A stretch of 64,000 nt of DNA. Source: Minisyncoccota bacterium (GTDB taxonomy: Bacteria > Patescibacteriota > Minisyncoccia > Phycocordibacterales > JBAYGS01). The position numbers were made by a program, and so were the translations under genes. The DNA is taken from NCBI GenBank assembly GCA_041666545.1, contig JBAYGS010000001.1, positions 153,942 to 217,941 of the forward strand, read 5' to 3'. This document shows positions 31,315 through 40,631 of this stretch, one piece after another. The notes beneath the pieces are model-generated. The model did not search any database and was not told the origin of the DNA. It saw only the letters and a list, made by a program, of their open reading frames with translations. Position 1 is the first letter of the stretch. Every line of letters begins with the position of its first letter.

Positions 31315-32151
31315 ATGACAAGCATTCAAAAGCGGTTTCTGTTTTGTGCGTGCGGTGGAGCGATTGGCGCCACTCTGGCGTTTGAGTTTCAAGCCTGGTG
31401 GTGGCTCATTTCGGCCATCTCCGCCTTGACCGGCTGGATTTCGGCGGATTATGCTGGCTTCCTCGTCGGCTGTCGGCAGACCTACGGCAAGGCCAAGTCG
31501 GAAATCTCGGCCAAATTTAAGAATTGTTTCGGCCACACCATGCCGAACAGCAACGCAGAAATGCGGTCTCTGAAAATCCGCGATTACACTCTTGGGGCCG
31601 CATTCATCACCATTCTCGTGCCGCAGGTATTCCTAGCAACTTTTCTTGTGTGCACAACAATCGACTTAACAGTCTTCCATCGCGCTGGCCAGGTGTTCCT
31701 TCTGTCGCCACTCCAAGCTCTTGCTAATGCAACTATCACCGGCCTACAATTCGGTTTTGGGTTGGGGATTACCGTTGCGGTACTCTCCGCCCATGGGCTC
31801 CGCAACGAATCTAAGGAGTACTTTGAGAAAGACATCGCCCAGATTAGTTCCGGGTTCAAATACCTGAACCCCTTATTCTGGGTCCCCTTCATTCCTCTGA
31901 CTGTCGTGAAATTCACAGCTCGCCACCTGAAAAACCTGATTCGTCTTGTCCACAGTGATGAGCGGGCCGTTTATGCGATCTGCTTTACCGCCGGCACCAT
32001 CGCCGGATTTATCGCCGGCCGTTCGCTTGAATTGCCTCACCTTGGCCGGCTGACGGCCACCTTGGTTGGCGCCCTCACCGGCTTTGGTTTGGCCTGGCTC
32101 GATTGGAAAATTCTTTCCCTCAGGCTCGGCTGGCGAACCATCAAATCTTGA
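31315..32151 (+). CDS. Orphan polytopic membrane protein
   Basis: ~7 hydrophobic segments; TTGACA-N16-TATTAT promoter, GAGGA SD, terminator acctcac..gtgaggtttttt. Confidence 0.7.
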   Translation: MTSIQKRFLFCACGGAIGATLAFEFQAWWWLISAISALTGWISADYAGFLVGCRQTYGKAKSEISAKFKNCFGHTMPNSNAEMRSLKIRDYTLGAAFITILVPQVFLATFLVCTTIDLTVFHRAGQVFLLSPLQALANATITGLQFGFGLGITVAVLSAHGLRNESKEYFEKDIAQISSGFKYLNPLFWVPFIPLTVVKFTARHLKNLIRLVHSDERAVYAICFTAGTIAGFIAGRSLELPHLGRLTATLVGALTGFGLAWLDWKILSLRLGWRTIKS

Positions 32152-32438
32152 GCTGACTTAATTCGCTCACACCTCACTCTTCCCAGGGTGAGGTTTTTTC
32201 AATCCCAGGAAACCCCGTCCGACTCTTCCCTCTCTAGGGCGGGGCTGAGTGGGCAACGGCTTAGCGCATTCTGATGTGCTAAGCCGTAATCATTCTGATG
32301 CCTTGAAAGGAAACCTCGGTCGTAGCGGAGCGGAGGCCGGGGAGGAGGTCATTAATTTATCTAAAAATTCGAACCGCAGTCCAATACCCGACCAACACCT
32401 TGCAACAAGCCTTCCCCCTATCCCCTCATCATTATCCC

Positions 32439-32474
32439 CATACAAATTACTCGCGGTCGTGTATAATTTGTATG
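32439..32474 (+). promoter_or_regulatory. 36-bp palindromic site overlapping the -10 of the PaaX/Cas2-like gene
   Basis: catacaaatta-ctcgcggtcgtgta-taatttgtatg; contains TGTATAAT. Confidence 0.75.
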
Positions 32475-32476
32475 TT

Positions 32477-33049
32477 ATGGGAAAGGCTGAAGAACAATCA
32501 GGAAAACGGGAGCAGAGGGAGAAAATCAAGGAGACACTTCTGCTGGCTGTAAAAGCGGCCGGGGTGTTGTCCGTTGCCCTGCTCGCACCCAACGCTCTAA
32601 AAATGTTTCGATCTCTAAATTCAAAAAGCCCAAACCTAACATCACGGGTAAATCGGTCACGAAATCGACTTATTAAGCAGGGTCTTCTTAAGTGGCAAGC
32701 CGGTGGTTATCTACGACTAACCGACAAAGGCGAACAGTTTTTGAGAATATCAGAGGCTAAAAGCTATGCGCTTAAGCGGCCTAACCGATGGGACAAAAAA
32801 TGGCGAATCTTGGTTTTTGATATTCCGGAGTATCGGCACAGTTTGCGGGATAAAATCAGAAATATTTTAGGCAGTATCGGCTTCATTCGACTCCAGAATA
32901 GTGTCTGGGTTTATCCCTACGATTGTGAAGATTTCATCACCTTATTAAAGGCCGACCTAAAGGTCGGTAAAGATTTGCTATATGTGATTGCTGACTCCAT
33001 TGAAAACGATCGCCAAATTCGCACCAAATTTGGCTTGACCAATGACTAG
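32477..33049 (+). CDS. PaaX-like regulator (winged helix + Cas2-like domain)
   Basis: LRLTDKG wing; WDKKWRILVFDIPE..RDKIR..L..IGF.RLQNSVWVYPY; ATG at 32477. Confidence 0.85.
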   Translation: MGKAEEQSGKREQREKIKETLLLAVKAAGVLSVALLAPNALKMFRSLNSKSPNLTSRVNRSRNRLIKQGLLKWQAGGYLRLTDKGEQFLRISEAKSYALKRPNRWDKKWRILVFDIPEYRHSLRDKIRNILGSIGFIRLQNSVWVYPYDCEDFITLLKADLKVGKDLLYVIADSIENDRQIRTKFGLTND

Positions 33050-33186
33050 CAACCATTGACCCTTTTGCCTTCAAAATTTTATCAGTCCCAAATTCTAAGG
33101 TGGCGACAGACCTGAAAATATTGTCACCATTTAGTTCCGGAAAATCATTCCAATCCCACGGCAGATCCTCGCCAGCCCACCTTGCC

Positions 33187-33230
33187 TCCTCATACATTTT
33201 TTCCACGACCGCGATAAAAATGTATGAGGA
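33187..33230 (-). repeat. Inverted second copy of the palindromic site
   Basis: tcctcatacattttt-tccacgaccgcgat-aaaaatgtatgagga; core is the reverse complement of TCGCGGTCGTG. Confidence 0.8.
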
Positions 33231-33338
33231 ACAGCTAAAGAAAACCTGTAGGAAAAGCTACAGAGCACACACATGTGGCGGTTTATCTTAGATTGGAAAA
33301 AGAGTGCCTGCGTGGCGAAAAATTCTAGGCTGACACAA

Positions 33339-35156
33339 TTATAACTCGAGTACAGCTTTAATACGCCGCACGCCAGCTGAAACCGCTTCTTCTTTTTGGA
33401 TTCTAAAGTGACCGAGCTCGGAAGTATTTTTCACATGAGGCCCGCCACAAAATTCTTTTGAGTAGGCTGAGCTTAAATCATTGCCGATATAGTGAACTGA
33501 AACCGTCTCGCCGTATTTGTCACCAAAGAAATGCAGGGCGCCAGACTTTTCCGCTTCAGCTTTTGGCAATTCGACTCGATGAACATCGAGTTCGGCCTGA
33601 ATTTTCTCATTTACAATCGCTTCGACTTTTTTCTTCTCTTCATCGGTCATTTTTTGCGGATGAGTAAAATCAAAACGCAATCTCTCCGGCGTGATATTAC
33701 TGCCTTTTTGAGAAACGTGGTTACCTAGAACATCTCGAAGCGTCTGGTGAAGCAGGTGGGTTGCCGTGTGGTACTTAACCGACATTTCTGATGTGTCCCC
33801 TAGCCCGCCTTTAAATTTCTTCTCGGCACCGGCGCGAGAAATCTCTTTATGCTTTTCGATCTCATCTCGGAATCCAGCAACATCGACCGAAAGGCCACGC
33901 TTTTTAGCAAAATCTACTATCATATCTATAGGTAGACCGTAGGACGAGAACAGCAAGAAAGCATCTGCACCTGAGATGTCTGAATTTGCGTTTTTTTCCA
34001 ATTTACTCAAACCGTGCTGCAAAGCCTTACCAAACTGGACGACTTCATGAAAAATCACCGAGATAATCTCCTCTTTCCGATTATCAATTTCTTTGTAAGT
34101 ATCGCTGTAGACAAAAGCAACCATTTCAACAATCGATTTTATTTCTAATTCCGAAATCGTCTTGTTTGGGATAACAGAGACTGCCCTACGAATCAAACGG
34201 CGCAAAAAATATCCACGATCAACATTTGACGGAAGCACGCCGTCGACAATCAAGAATATCGCTGAACGCAAGTGATCTGCAATTATTCTGAGCGATCTCA
34301 GGTCATCGCCAAGAACAGAAGTTATTGCTCTGACTACCGAAAGGCCATCCTGTTCAAACACACTCCCGGTCAAAATGTCTGGGTCGTAATTCGTCGCTGC
34401 AGTTATTCGCTCAAGCCCTCCACCAAAGTCTACATTTCTCTGGGCTAATTTTTTAAAGCTTCCATCGGCCTGTTTTTGATATTCCATGAAGACCGAATTA
34501 CCGATTTCCATAAAACGTCCGCAGTCACAATTCTGATGACATTTATCAGCTTTCCATTGTGAACCAGCATGAGTTCCCTTTTCATCATCAGGATCAAAAT
34601 CAAAGAACACTTCAGAGTCCGGACCTCCTGGTTCTCCCGCTGGCATATTTTCCGGCACCCCAGAACGTGACCACCAGTTTTTCGTGGCACCGTAAAATCT
34701 AATGTGACTATCTTCGATCCCTAATTTTCGCCAAATTTCCGCCGATTCAGTATCCTTGGGAAGTCCGAGCTTTTTGTCACCTTCAAAACAGCTCACCCAA
34801 AGTCTTCTAGAATCAAGTTTGATCTCCTTAACTAAAAACTCGTACAAATAGCTGAGTTGCTCTTCCTTCCAGTAATCCCCCAGCGACCAATTACCCAACA
34901 TCTCAAAGAAAGTCGTATGACGATTGTCACCAACTTCTTCAATATCTTCGCTCCGGAAACACTTCTGTGAATCGGCCAAGCGCGTGCCTGCCGAATGCTT
35001 TTGGCCCAAAAGATACGGCACCAGGGGTTGCATACCTGAACCGGTAAAAAGTGTCGTCGAATCGTTTTCTGGAATCAAAGAGGCCGAAGGGATTATCTTG
35101 TGTCCCTTGCTTTTGAAAAATTTTAGGTATTTTGTCCTAACATCATTTAGCTTCAT
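33339..35156 (-). CDS. alaS: Alanine--tRNA ligase, short form without C-Ala domain
   Basis: LFTGSGMQP, HTTFFEMLGNWS, HTATHLL and EFCGGPH editing motifs; ends at GVRRIKA. Confidence 0.95.
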   Translation of the reverse strand: MKLNDVRTKYLKFFKSKGHKIIPSASLIPENDSTTLFTGSGMQPLVPYLLGQKHSAGTRLADSQKCFRSEDIEEVGDNRHTTFFEMLGNWSLGDYWKEEQLSYLYEFLVKEIKLDSRRLWVSCFEGDKKLGLPKDTESAEIWRKLGIEDSHIRFYGATKNWWSRSGVPENMPAGEPGGPDSEVFFDFDPDDEKGTHAGSQWKADKCHQNCDCGRFMEIGNSVFMEYQKQADGSFKKLAQRNVDFGGGLERITAATNYDPDILTGSVFEQDGLSVVRAITSVLGDDLRSLRIIADHLRSAIFLIVDGVLPSNVDRGYFLRRLIRRAVSVIPNKTISELEIKSIVEMVAFVYSDTYKEIDNRKEEIISVIFHEVVQFGKALQHGLSKLEKNANSDISGADAFLLFSSYGLPIDMIVDFAKKRGLSVDVAGFRDEIEKHKEISRAGAEKKFKGGLGDTSEMSVKYHTATHLLHQTLRDVLGNHVSQKGSNITPERLRFDFTHPQKMTDEEKKKVEAIVNEKIQAELDVHRVELPKAEAEKSGALHFFGDKYGETVSVHYIGNDLSSAYSKEFCGGPHVKNTSELGHFRIQKEEAVSAGVRRIKAVLEL

Positions 35157-35166
35157 AGGCTCCACT

Positions 35167-36927
35167 TTACCGCTTTTTGAGGAGCGACTCAAGCCGGTCG
35201 ATGTTTTTCGAGACCGATCTCAAGCCCTCAACAAAGAAAGCCGGATCAGATACATCAATACCAATTGACCGGAAAATGTCTTCAGGACTTTGACTGCCAC
35301 CGGCGCTTAGGAACTGTTTAATCTTGGCCAGGTAGCCTTTATCGGCCCGGTATCTTTCGTAGAGCGCTTTGCTGACCAACTGGCCGAAAGCGTAGGAGTA
35401 AACATAGAAAAAGCGTCTGATATGGGACCAATAGACGAAGAAGTAGCCGTCGTCCTCGGTAAGCTCGACCGCCGAACCCAAATATTTTTTCATTTCTGAA
35501 TTCATTAGAGCCGCAATCTCTTCTTTAGTTAAAGCGCCCTTCGCCCTAATCTGATTATGAAGCGCCAATTCAAAATTGAAACAGGCAATCTGACGCCAAA
35601 TAGTTTGAATGTCATCGTTGATCCGATCATGTAAGGCGATAACCTTCTCAGCCTCGGTCAAACGGCTGAAGATTTCCTCAAAAGCCAGATTTTCAAAAAA
35701 GGTGCTGGCAACTTCAGCCGAGGCAATCGTGTAATCGCGATAAAGTGGTGGTTGGTTTTTACGGCTGTATTCACCGTGAATTGCATGACCCATCTCGTGT
35801 GCCAAGGTCATCACCGAGTCGGCCGTGTCCACATGATTAAGGAGCACGAAAGTCGGACCGATTTGGTTGCTCGAGCAATAGGCTCCGCCAGTTTTGCCGA
35901 CTTTAGGAAAAACATCAATTTGCCCGGCTTCAAGATAATCCGAAAAAATTCTGGCAAACTCCGGATCCGCCGCGCCAAAAGATTTCTTAATCAAGTCCAC
36001 CCCATCGGCAAATGCAAATTTATGGTTAATGTGGCCGATTGAAACATTGCGGTCGGCATAAGTCAGTTTTTTAGCCTTCAATAGTTTGGCCTTTAAGCGA
36101 TAAAAGCGATGACTAATTGAAGCGTGGTCATTTACGGCCGCCACTAAGGATTCTACGGTTTTCTCCTCATTTTCATAGGAGAGAAGCGTACCTGAATAAG
36201 GTTTTTTAAAGTGGCGCAATTCATCGTTAATTTTCTTATCGATGACAATCGCGTTGAGTTCGGCCTCGGCAAAGCTACTCAAATCTTTCAGTCTGGCCAT
36301 AATCTCGCGGTGCAGGAGCACTCTTTCACCTCCTGGCAAATCGGCCACCAAATTTATGGCCTGGCCGATCGACAATTTCTTTTTGCCGAAGGTGATTGAA
36401 TTCCTGCCCAAAATTTTCTCATTGCCGGCTACCCACAGACTCTGACTCGGCTGGGCTTTTAGACTGAGAATTTTTTCCTCCGGCTCGGAGAGATGATGCT
36501 TGGACCATCGGAAAACTGTTTTGAGATAATACTTGAATGGGGCGAGCTGTTTTGATTTCAAAAACTGCTTTTGTAGGGTCGGAGAAATATTCTCCAGTGC
36601 CAACCGGAAAAATAAAAGCGAGTTGTCAGCTTTGGTCAGGCGGTCCAGCAAAAGATTGGACTTGGCCTCTGCCTCATGGTCGTGAGCATTTAGATCCTGG
36701 CGATAACCCAAATAGTTTAAAGCCCAAGAAGATCGCAAACTGTCAAAAAGATACCCGTAATCGGTCAGTGCTTTAAAGAGCTCACCTTCGTCAGTTGTAT
36801 ATGATTTGCTATTTCTATATTTCTTAGCAAAAAGGCCGTAGGCCCTTTCCAGAGCTTTAATATCTTGTTCAATTTTCGGGTCCAAGATGGATTTGTATAG
36901 CAAATCAAGATTCCAAGTGGTTTTCAT
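35167..36927 (-). CDS. Oligoendopeptidase F (M3B)
   Basis: GKTGGAYC, TLAHEMGHAIH, AEVAS.FFE, FYVYSYAFG. Confidence 0.92.
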   Translation of the reverse strand: MKTTWNLDLLYKSILDPKIEQDIKALERAYGLFAKKYRNSKSYTTDEGELFKALTDYGYLFDSLRSSWALNYLGYRQDLNAHDHEAEAKSNLLLDRLTKADNSLLFFRLALENISPTLQKQFLKSKQLAPFKYYLKTVFRWSKHHLSEPEEKILSLKAQPSQSLWVAGNEKILGRNSITFGKKKLSIGQAINLVADLPGGERVLLHREIMARLKDLSSFAEAELNAIVIDKKINDELRHFKKPYSGTLLSYENEEKTVESLVAAVNDHASISHRFYRLKAKLLKAKKLTYADRNVSIGHINHKFAFADGVDLIKKSFGAADPEFARIFSDYLEAGQIDVFPKVGKTGGAYCSSNQIGPTFVLLNHVDTADSVMTLAHEMGHAIHGEYSRKNQPPLYRDYTIASAEVASTFFENLAFEEIFSRLTEAEKVIALHDRINDDIQTIWRQIACFNFELALHNQIRAKGALTKEEIAALMNSEMKKYLGSAVELTEDDGYFFVYWSHIRRFFYVYSYAFGQLVSKALYERYRADKGYLAKIKQFLSAGGSQSPEDIFRSIGIDVSDPAFFVEGLRSVSKNIDRLESLLKKR

Positions 36928-37044
36928 CCCGTTAGAAATTTTTAGTTAATAACTTAGTGTTACTTAGTCTAGCAGATTCACTCGCAAAGGCCACCATAAT
37001 TTAAAGTATTACGGTCATTCTCTATGACCTATTTCTAACGGAAT
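36926..37044 (-). mobile_element. ~120-bp inverted-end element, copy 2 (opposite orientation)
   Basis: atcccgttagaaat...atttctaacggaat; hairpin ggtcat-N5-atgacc; ttcatcc occurs at both junctions. Confidence 0.85.
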
Positions 37045-37136
37045 TCATCCTCTAAATATAACAGCTATTAATATTTTTAAAAGCCAATCTTGCAAACAAA
37101 AATATCGCCAGACCTATTCAGGCCTGGCGATAACCT

Positions 37137-37508
37137 CTAGCCCCGCATAATCGACATTAATCCAGTTCGATTCCTTGTGTTGTACCTAACAATGTAACTG
37201 CCAAAGGAATCTTGGAAGTTCAATCTCACAAACCGACCCCGAAGGATAAAATCCTCTCCAGAATCACCCACCCAGGTAAAACTGTTCACGCAACCAAACA
37301 GTGCTACGGTAGTTCGCTCAGCAAGCCACTTCGGATCATTGTTTGCGACAAAACGAAACCTAGGAAGATGTCGATTTGGTACATCAAGAGCAAACTCTAC
37401 TCCAGGACGATGCCCGGGCAGTCCGCCAACAGCGTCTCTCAAAAGCTCCCTTGATGGGCCGTCTGTGACTTTAAAGGTCCCGACTCTAACTCTGGTTTGT
37501 TGTGCCAT
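37137..37508 (-). CDS. Orphan protein
   Basis: AAAGGAG SD, TTGACA-N17-TAATCT promoter, terminator hairpin ~37104-37132. Confidence 0.65.
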   Translation of the reverse strand: MAQQTRVRVGTFKVTDGPSRELLRDAVGGLPGHRPGVEFALDVPNRHLPRFRFVANNDPKWLAERTTVALFGCVNSFTWVGDSGEDFILRGRFVRLNFQDSFGSYIVRYNTRNRTGLMSIMRG

Positions 37509-37650
37509 ACAGCACTCCTTTCTTAGTGAACAATCCGTTTAGGGCACGGATATAGCCCCTTATTCCCCACCTTGTGGTGCAGAGAACGACTTAGCCATAC
37601 AGCTAAGTATCTTTTTTCAGATTAACATTTTTTGTATTTCTTGTCAATAC

Positions 37651-38244
37651 CTACTTAACTTTGCTTAGAATTTTAAAATCCTCCTTCAATTCAGGCAATT
37701 TAGTCCGGTTGTAAATCGCCACACACGGATGATAGAGGGCTACGATATGGATATCGCCGTAGCTCGCTTTGGCTGGATATTTTTTACCATGAGCCTTGCC
37801 TATCGGCTCCATTTCAAAATCCAAATCGAATTTTTTCATAATGTAGCCGTAGGAATACCGGCCAAGTGCCGCAATAATTTTTGGTTGAATAATTTCAATC
37901 TGACGATCCAAAAAAGGCCCATAAATTTCTATTTCCTCGGGTGAAGGGTCGCGATTTTCCTGCGGACGATCTTTGACGATATTGGTTATATAAACTTCGG
38001 TGCGAGGAATTTTTACTGAATCCAAAAGCTCATCCAAAATTTTTCCCGCCGCGCCACAAAATGGCCGGCCAGTTTTGGCTTCATTTCGGCCTGGCGCTTC
38101 ACCAACGAACATTATCCTCGAGTCATGGCTTCCCTCCCCGATTACCGGGAAATAATTGTTTGAAATCCGATATTCGTAAAGCGGAGAACTTTTTAACGCC
38201 AAAACCTCCTCCTTAATTATTCGCATTAAATCTGTCTTGACCAT
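37651..38244 (-). CDS. Uracil-DNA glycosylase (family 4)
   Basis: VGEAPG, GRPF.G.AG, TNIVK, YHP. Confidence 0.93.
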   Translation of the reverse strand: MVKTDLMRIIKEEVLALKSSPLYEYRISNNYFPVIGEGSHDSRIMFVGEAPGRNEAKTGRPFCGAAGKILDELLDSVKIPRTEVYITNIVKDRPQENRDPSPEEIEIYGPFLDRQIEIIQPKIIAALGRYSYGYIMKKFDLDFEMEPIGKAHGKKYPAKASYGDIHIVALYHPCVAIYNRTKLPELKEDFKILSKVK

Positions 38245-38245
38245 C

Positions 38246-38821
38246 TTATTTGTTACGATTCACCCACCAAGAACTATTCTTGTCGCCGAACCACCAATCG
38301 GTCGATTCCGACTTCATAATCTCCGCCGCCACATCCTCCGCCACTTTGGTCTTAAGCCGTTGCAGAGCAGAATTAATCCAATCCTTGGCCCTGGTATTAC
38401 CGATATCAACTTGCTCCTTCAAGGAAATAATCCATTCCAAATTGTCGGCATCTTTGGCCAAAATCGATTCCGGAGTTTTGCGCTCTTCATATTCATGAAT
38501 GGTCTCTAAAATATCTTTTCCGAAAGGCAAGGTATGAGTCAAATCATCCACTGCCTTAGCCTCTTTTCGTTCAACATACTTTTGGTGGACATAATTCAAA
38601 TCTGAAACTCTGGCCTCGGCCAAGTCATGAAATAGACACATTTTAATCACTTTCGAGGCGTCAACTTTGCCGTCGAGTTTCGCCAAGGTGTAGCCGATGT
38701 AAACCGCCCGATTGACATGCTCGGCCACGCTCTGATCGCCGGTACCCAAGAAATGAAAACCGCTTCTCGGTGTCTTGGACAGGATTCCTATTTCAAAGAG
38801 AAAGTTGGCGATGTTTTTCAT
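38246..38821 (-). CDS. HD-domain phosphohydrolase
   Basis: PRSG, SVAEH, FHDLAE, DADNLE. Confidence 0.88.
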   Translation of the reverse strand: MKNIANFLFEIGILSKTPRSGFHFLGTGDQSVAEHVNRAVYIGYTLAKLDGKVDASKVIKMCLFHDLAEARVSDLNYVHQKYVERKEAKAVDDLTHTLPFGKDILETIHEYEERKTPESILAKDADNLEWIISLKEQVDIGNTRAKDWINSALQRLKTKVAEDVAAEIMKSESTDWWFGDKNSSWWVNRNK

Positions 38822-38850
38822 AAGCTTAGGAAAGATGGCTAAATAGATTT

Positions 38851-39468
38851 CTAGTATATCAGAGGCACAAAACTAAATCCCGGAAACTCCTCGGTCTCGA
38901 TTTCGGTCTCGGAAGTCTTTCTGATTTGCACGAGTTCATGGTTGACCGGCATTACCATTATCCCGCCAATCTTAAGCTGATTTAGCAGTTCCTCGGAGAT
39001 TAACTCAGCCTCGGCCGAAACCAGAATCCGATTATAAGGTGCCTCTTCCGGGAAACCAATCTCAAGATCCTTGCCGCTTATGATTTTAGCCTGAGGCAAT
39101 TTATACTTGGCCAAATTGGTTTGGCCGAATTTTACCAATTCCGGCACAATTTCCACACCGATTACCTTTCCGGATTTGCCAACGACGTGAGAGAGCAACG
39201 CCGTAGAGAAGCCGGAGCCCGAACCAACATCCAAGACCCAATCACCATTTTTAGGCTCCAGAAGCTCCAACATAAAAGCGACCGTCGACGGTTGAGACAT
39301 AGTCTGTCCAAAACCCAGTGGCAAGGCGTAATCCTCGTAGGCTTCGATCTGATAATCTGCCGGCACAAAATCGGCTCGGTCAATCGCCCGAAAAGCTTTC
39401 TCAATGGCTTCATTCTGAAATACCTTAGTCCCCTCTTTTAGATGAGTCAGAAACTGTTCTTTATCCAT
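38851..39468 (-). CDS. pcm: Protein-L-isoaspartate O-methyltransferase
   Basis: DRADF, GQTMSQP, LDVGSGSG, APYNRI. Confidence 0.92.
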   Translation of the reverse strand: MDKEQFLTHLKEGTKVFQNEAIEKAFRAIDRADFVPADYQIEAYEDYALPLGFGQTMSQPSTVAFMLELLEPKNGDWVLDVGSGSGFSTALLSHVVGKSGKVIGVEIVPELVKFGQTNLAKYKLPQAKIISGKDLEIGFPEEAPYNRILVSAEAELISEELLNQLKIGGIMVMPVNHELVQIRKTSETEIETEEFPGFSFVPLIY

Positions 39469-39477
39469 TTTAATTAT

Positions 39478-39777
39478 TCAAACAAATTTAAATTTTTCCG
39501 CTTTTAAAATTCGCCTTTTACGAGCCGGGCCGCGGTTGTAACCCCCGAGCGTGCCGTCGCTCTTTATCACTCGATGACAAGGGATGTGTGGATCGAAATT
39601 GGTTTTTAAAATCGATCCCACAGCACGACACCAGAGCGGATGCCCAGACAACTTGGCGACCTGCTGGTAGGTCATAACTTGGCCAGCCGGAATTTTGGCG
39701 ACCACCCTTAGAACTTGAGATCTAAAAGAGGGTTTTCCCTTCACCGACTTCTTTGACTTTGGCTTTTTTCGCTTCAT
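39478..39777 (-). CDS. MGMT family DNA-alkylation repair protein (C-terminal domain only)
   Basis: IPAGQVMTY, RAVG, IPCHRV; ATG at 39777. Confidence 0.88.
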   Translation of the reverse strand: MKRKKPKSKKSVKGKPSFRSQVLRVVAKIPAGQVMTYQQVAKLSGHPLWCRAVGSILKTNFDPHIPCHRVIKSDGTLGGYNRGPARKRRILKAEKFKFV

Positions 39778-40543
39778 TAGCTTTATATAATTCTCTAATT
39801 GAAAGTCCGACCGCCTCGCGATAAGGACAAAACTCACAGTCAGCGCCGGCCTTCGGAAGTTCGGCCGAGTCCAAACACTCCTTAATTTTGAGCAAGATGC
39901 CGTCTACCCAATCGGTTTTGCCGAGGTGAGGGATCAAAGTGATATCGAAATCCAATCGACCATCAAACGCCTCCCGATCCTTTTTGCCGTTTACATAAAC
40001 AAAATAACCGGTATCAGAAACCTTAAAACCCATGTTCCTCAAGAGCCACTGATAAATTTCCATTTGCCTCTTGTATTGAGCCTCCCACTTAGTATCCGAC
40101 AAAGCGTCCATTTTGCCGTCTTTGGCGGTCGCTTTGTAATCAACCACAATGAGCTCCTTAGCCGGATTAACCCAGAGATCGTCAATCGCACCAGAGACGG
40201 TAAAACCGGTCGGCTGGTGATAAAAAGACAGGCCTTGGAAATTATCGCGCCACAGATCAATATCTTTATGCTGAAACGGTACCGCCTCAACCCCATAGCG
40301 CTTCAAGAGTGGATGCTGGGTCGCTTTCGCACGGTGAATGTCAAACTCTTTTTTCAGAAGTGCATCGACGGCAAGATTCAGAGTGAAAGACGGCCCCCTT
40401 GGACGAGAAACGCCGATTTTGTTATCTAAATAAAAGCACCTCTCACACTCGGTAAAGAGGTCAATTTTTGACCGCGATAAACGCCACCTTTCCCCGCCAT
40501 AATTCCAATTGGCGCTCCTTTTGGTCTTTTTTTCGTAGGCCAT
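39722..40543 (-). CDS. PD-(D/E)XK nuclease (RecB/Cas4-like)
   Basis: LSRSK, CERCFY, GAIDD..VVDYK, QMEIY, CEFCPY; ATG at 40543. Confidence 0.85.
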   Translation of the reverse strand: MAYEKKTKRSANWNYGGERWRLSRSKIDLFTECERCFYLDNKIGVSRPRGPSFTLNLAVDALLKKEFDIHRAKATQHPLLKRYGVEAVPFQHKDIDLWRDNFQGLSFYHQPTGFTVSGAIDDLWVNPAKELIVVDYKATAKDGKMDALSDTKWEAQYKRQMEIYQWLLRNMGFKVSDTGYFVYVNGKKDREAFDGRLDFDITLIPHLGKTDWVDGILLKIKECLDSAELPKAGADCEFCPYREAVGLSIRELYKANEAKKAKVKEVGEGKTLF

Positions 40544-40631
40544 GCAATCAGTATAAGGTATAAAGTTGAAAGTATAAAGTATGGGACTTTGGGCATTTAA
40601 AAACCGCCAGCGAACCGGCGGTTTGGAATAT

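Noticed and set aside
32249-32476. N-terminal extensions in the ORF track (32249, 40798, 7576, 16664, 58573, 35192)
   Set aside because: They run through terminators, promoters or neighbouring genes; downstream ATGs fit the family N-termini better
32477-33049. CRISPR-Cas system suggested by the Cas2-like domain (and the Cas4-like nuclease at 39722)
   Set aside because: No direct repeat-spacer array and no cas1 or effector genes in the window; the protein has the PaaX-like wHTH + Cas2-like layout
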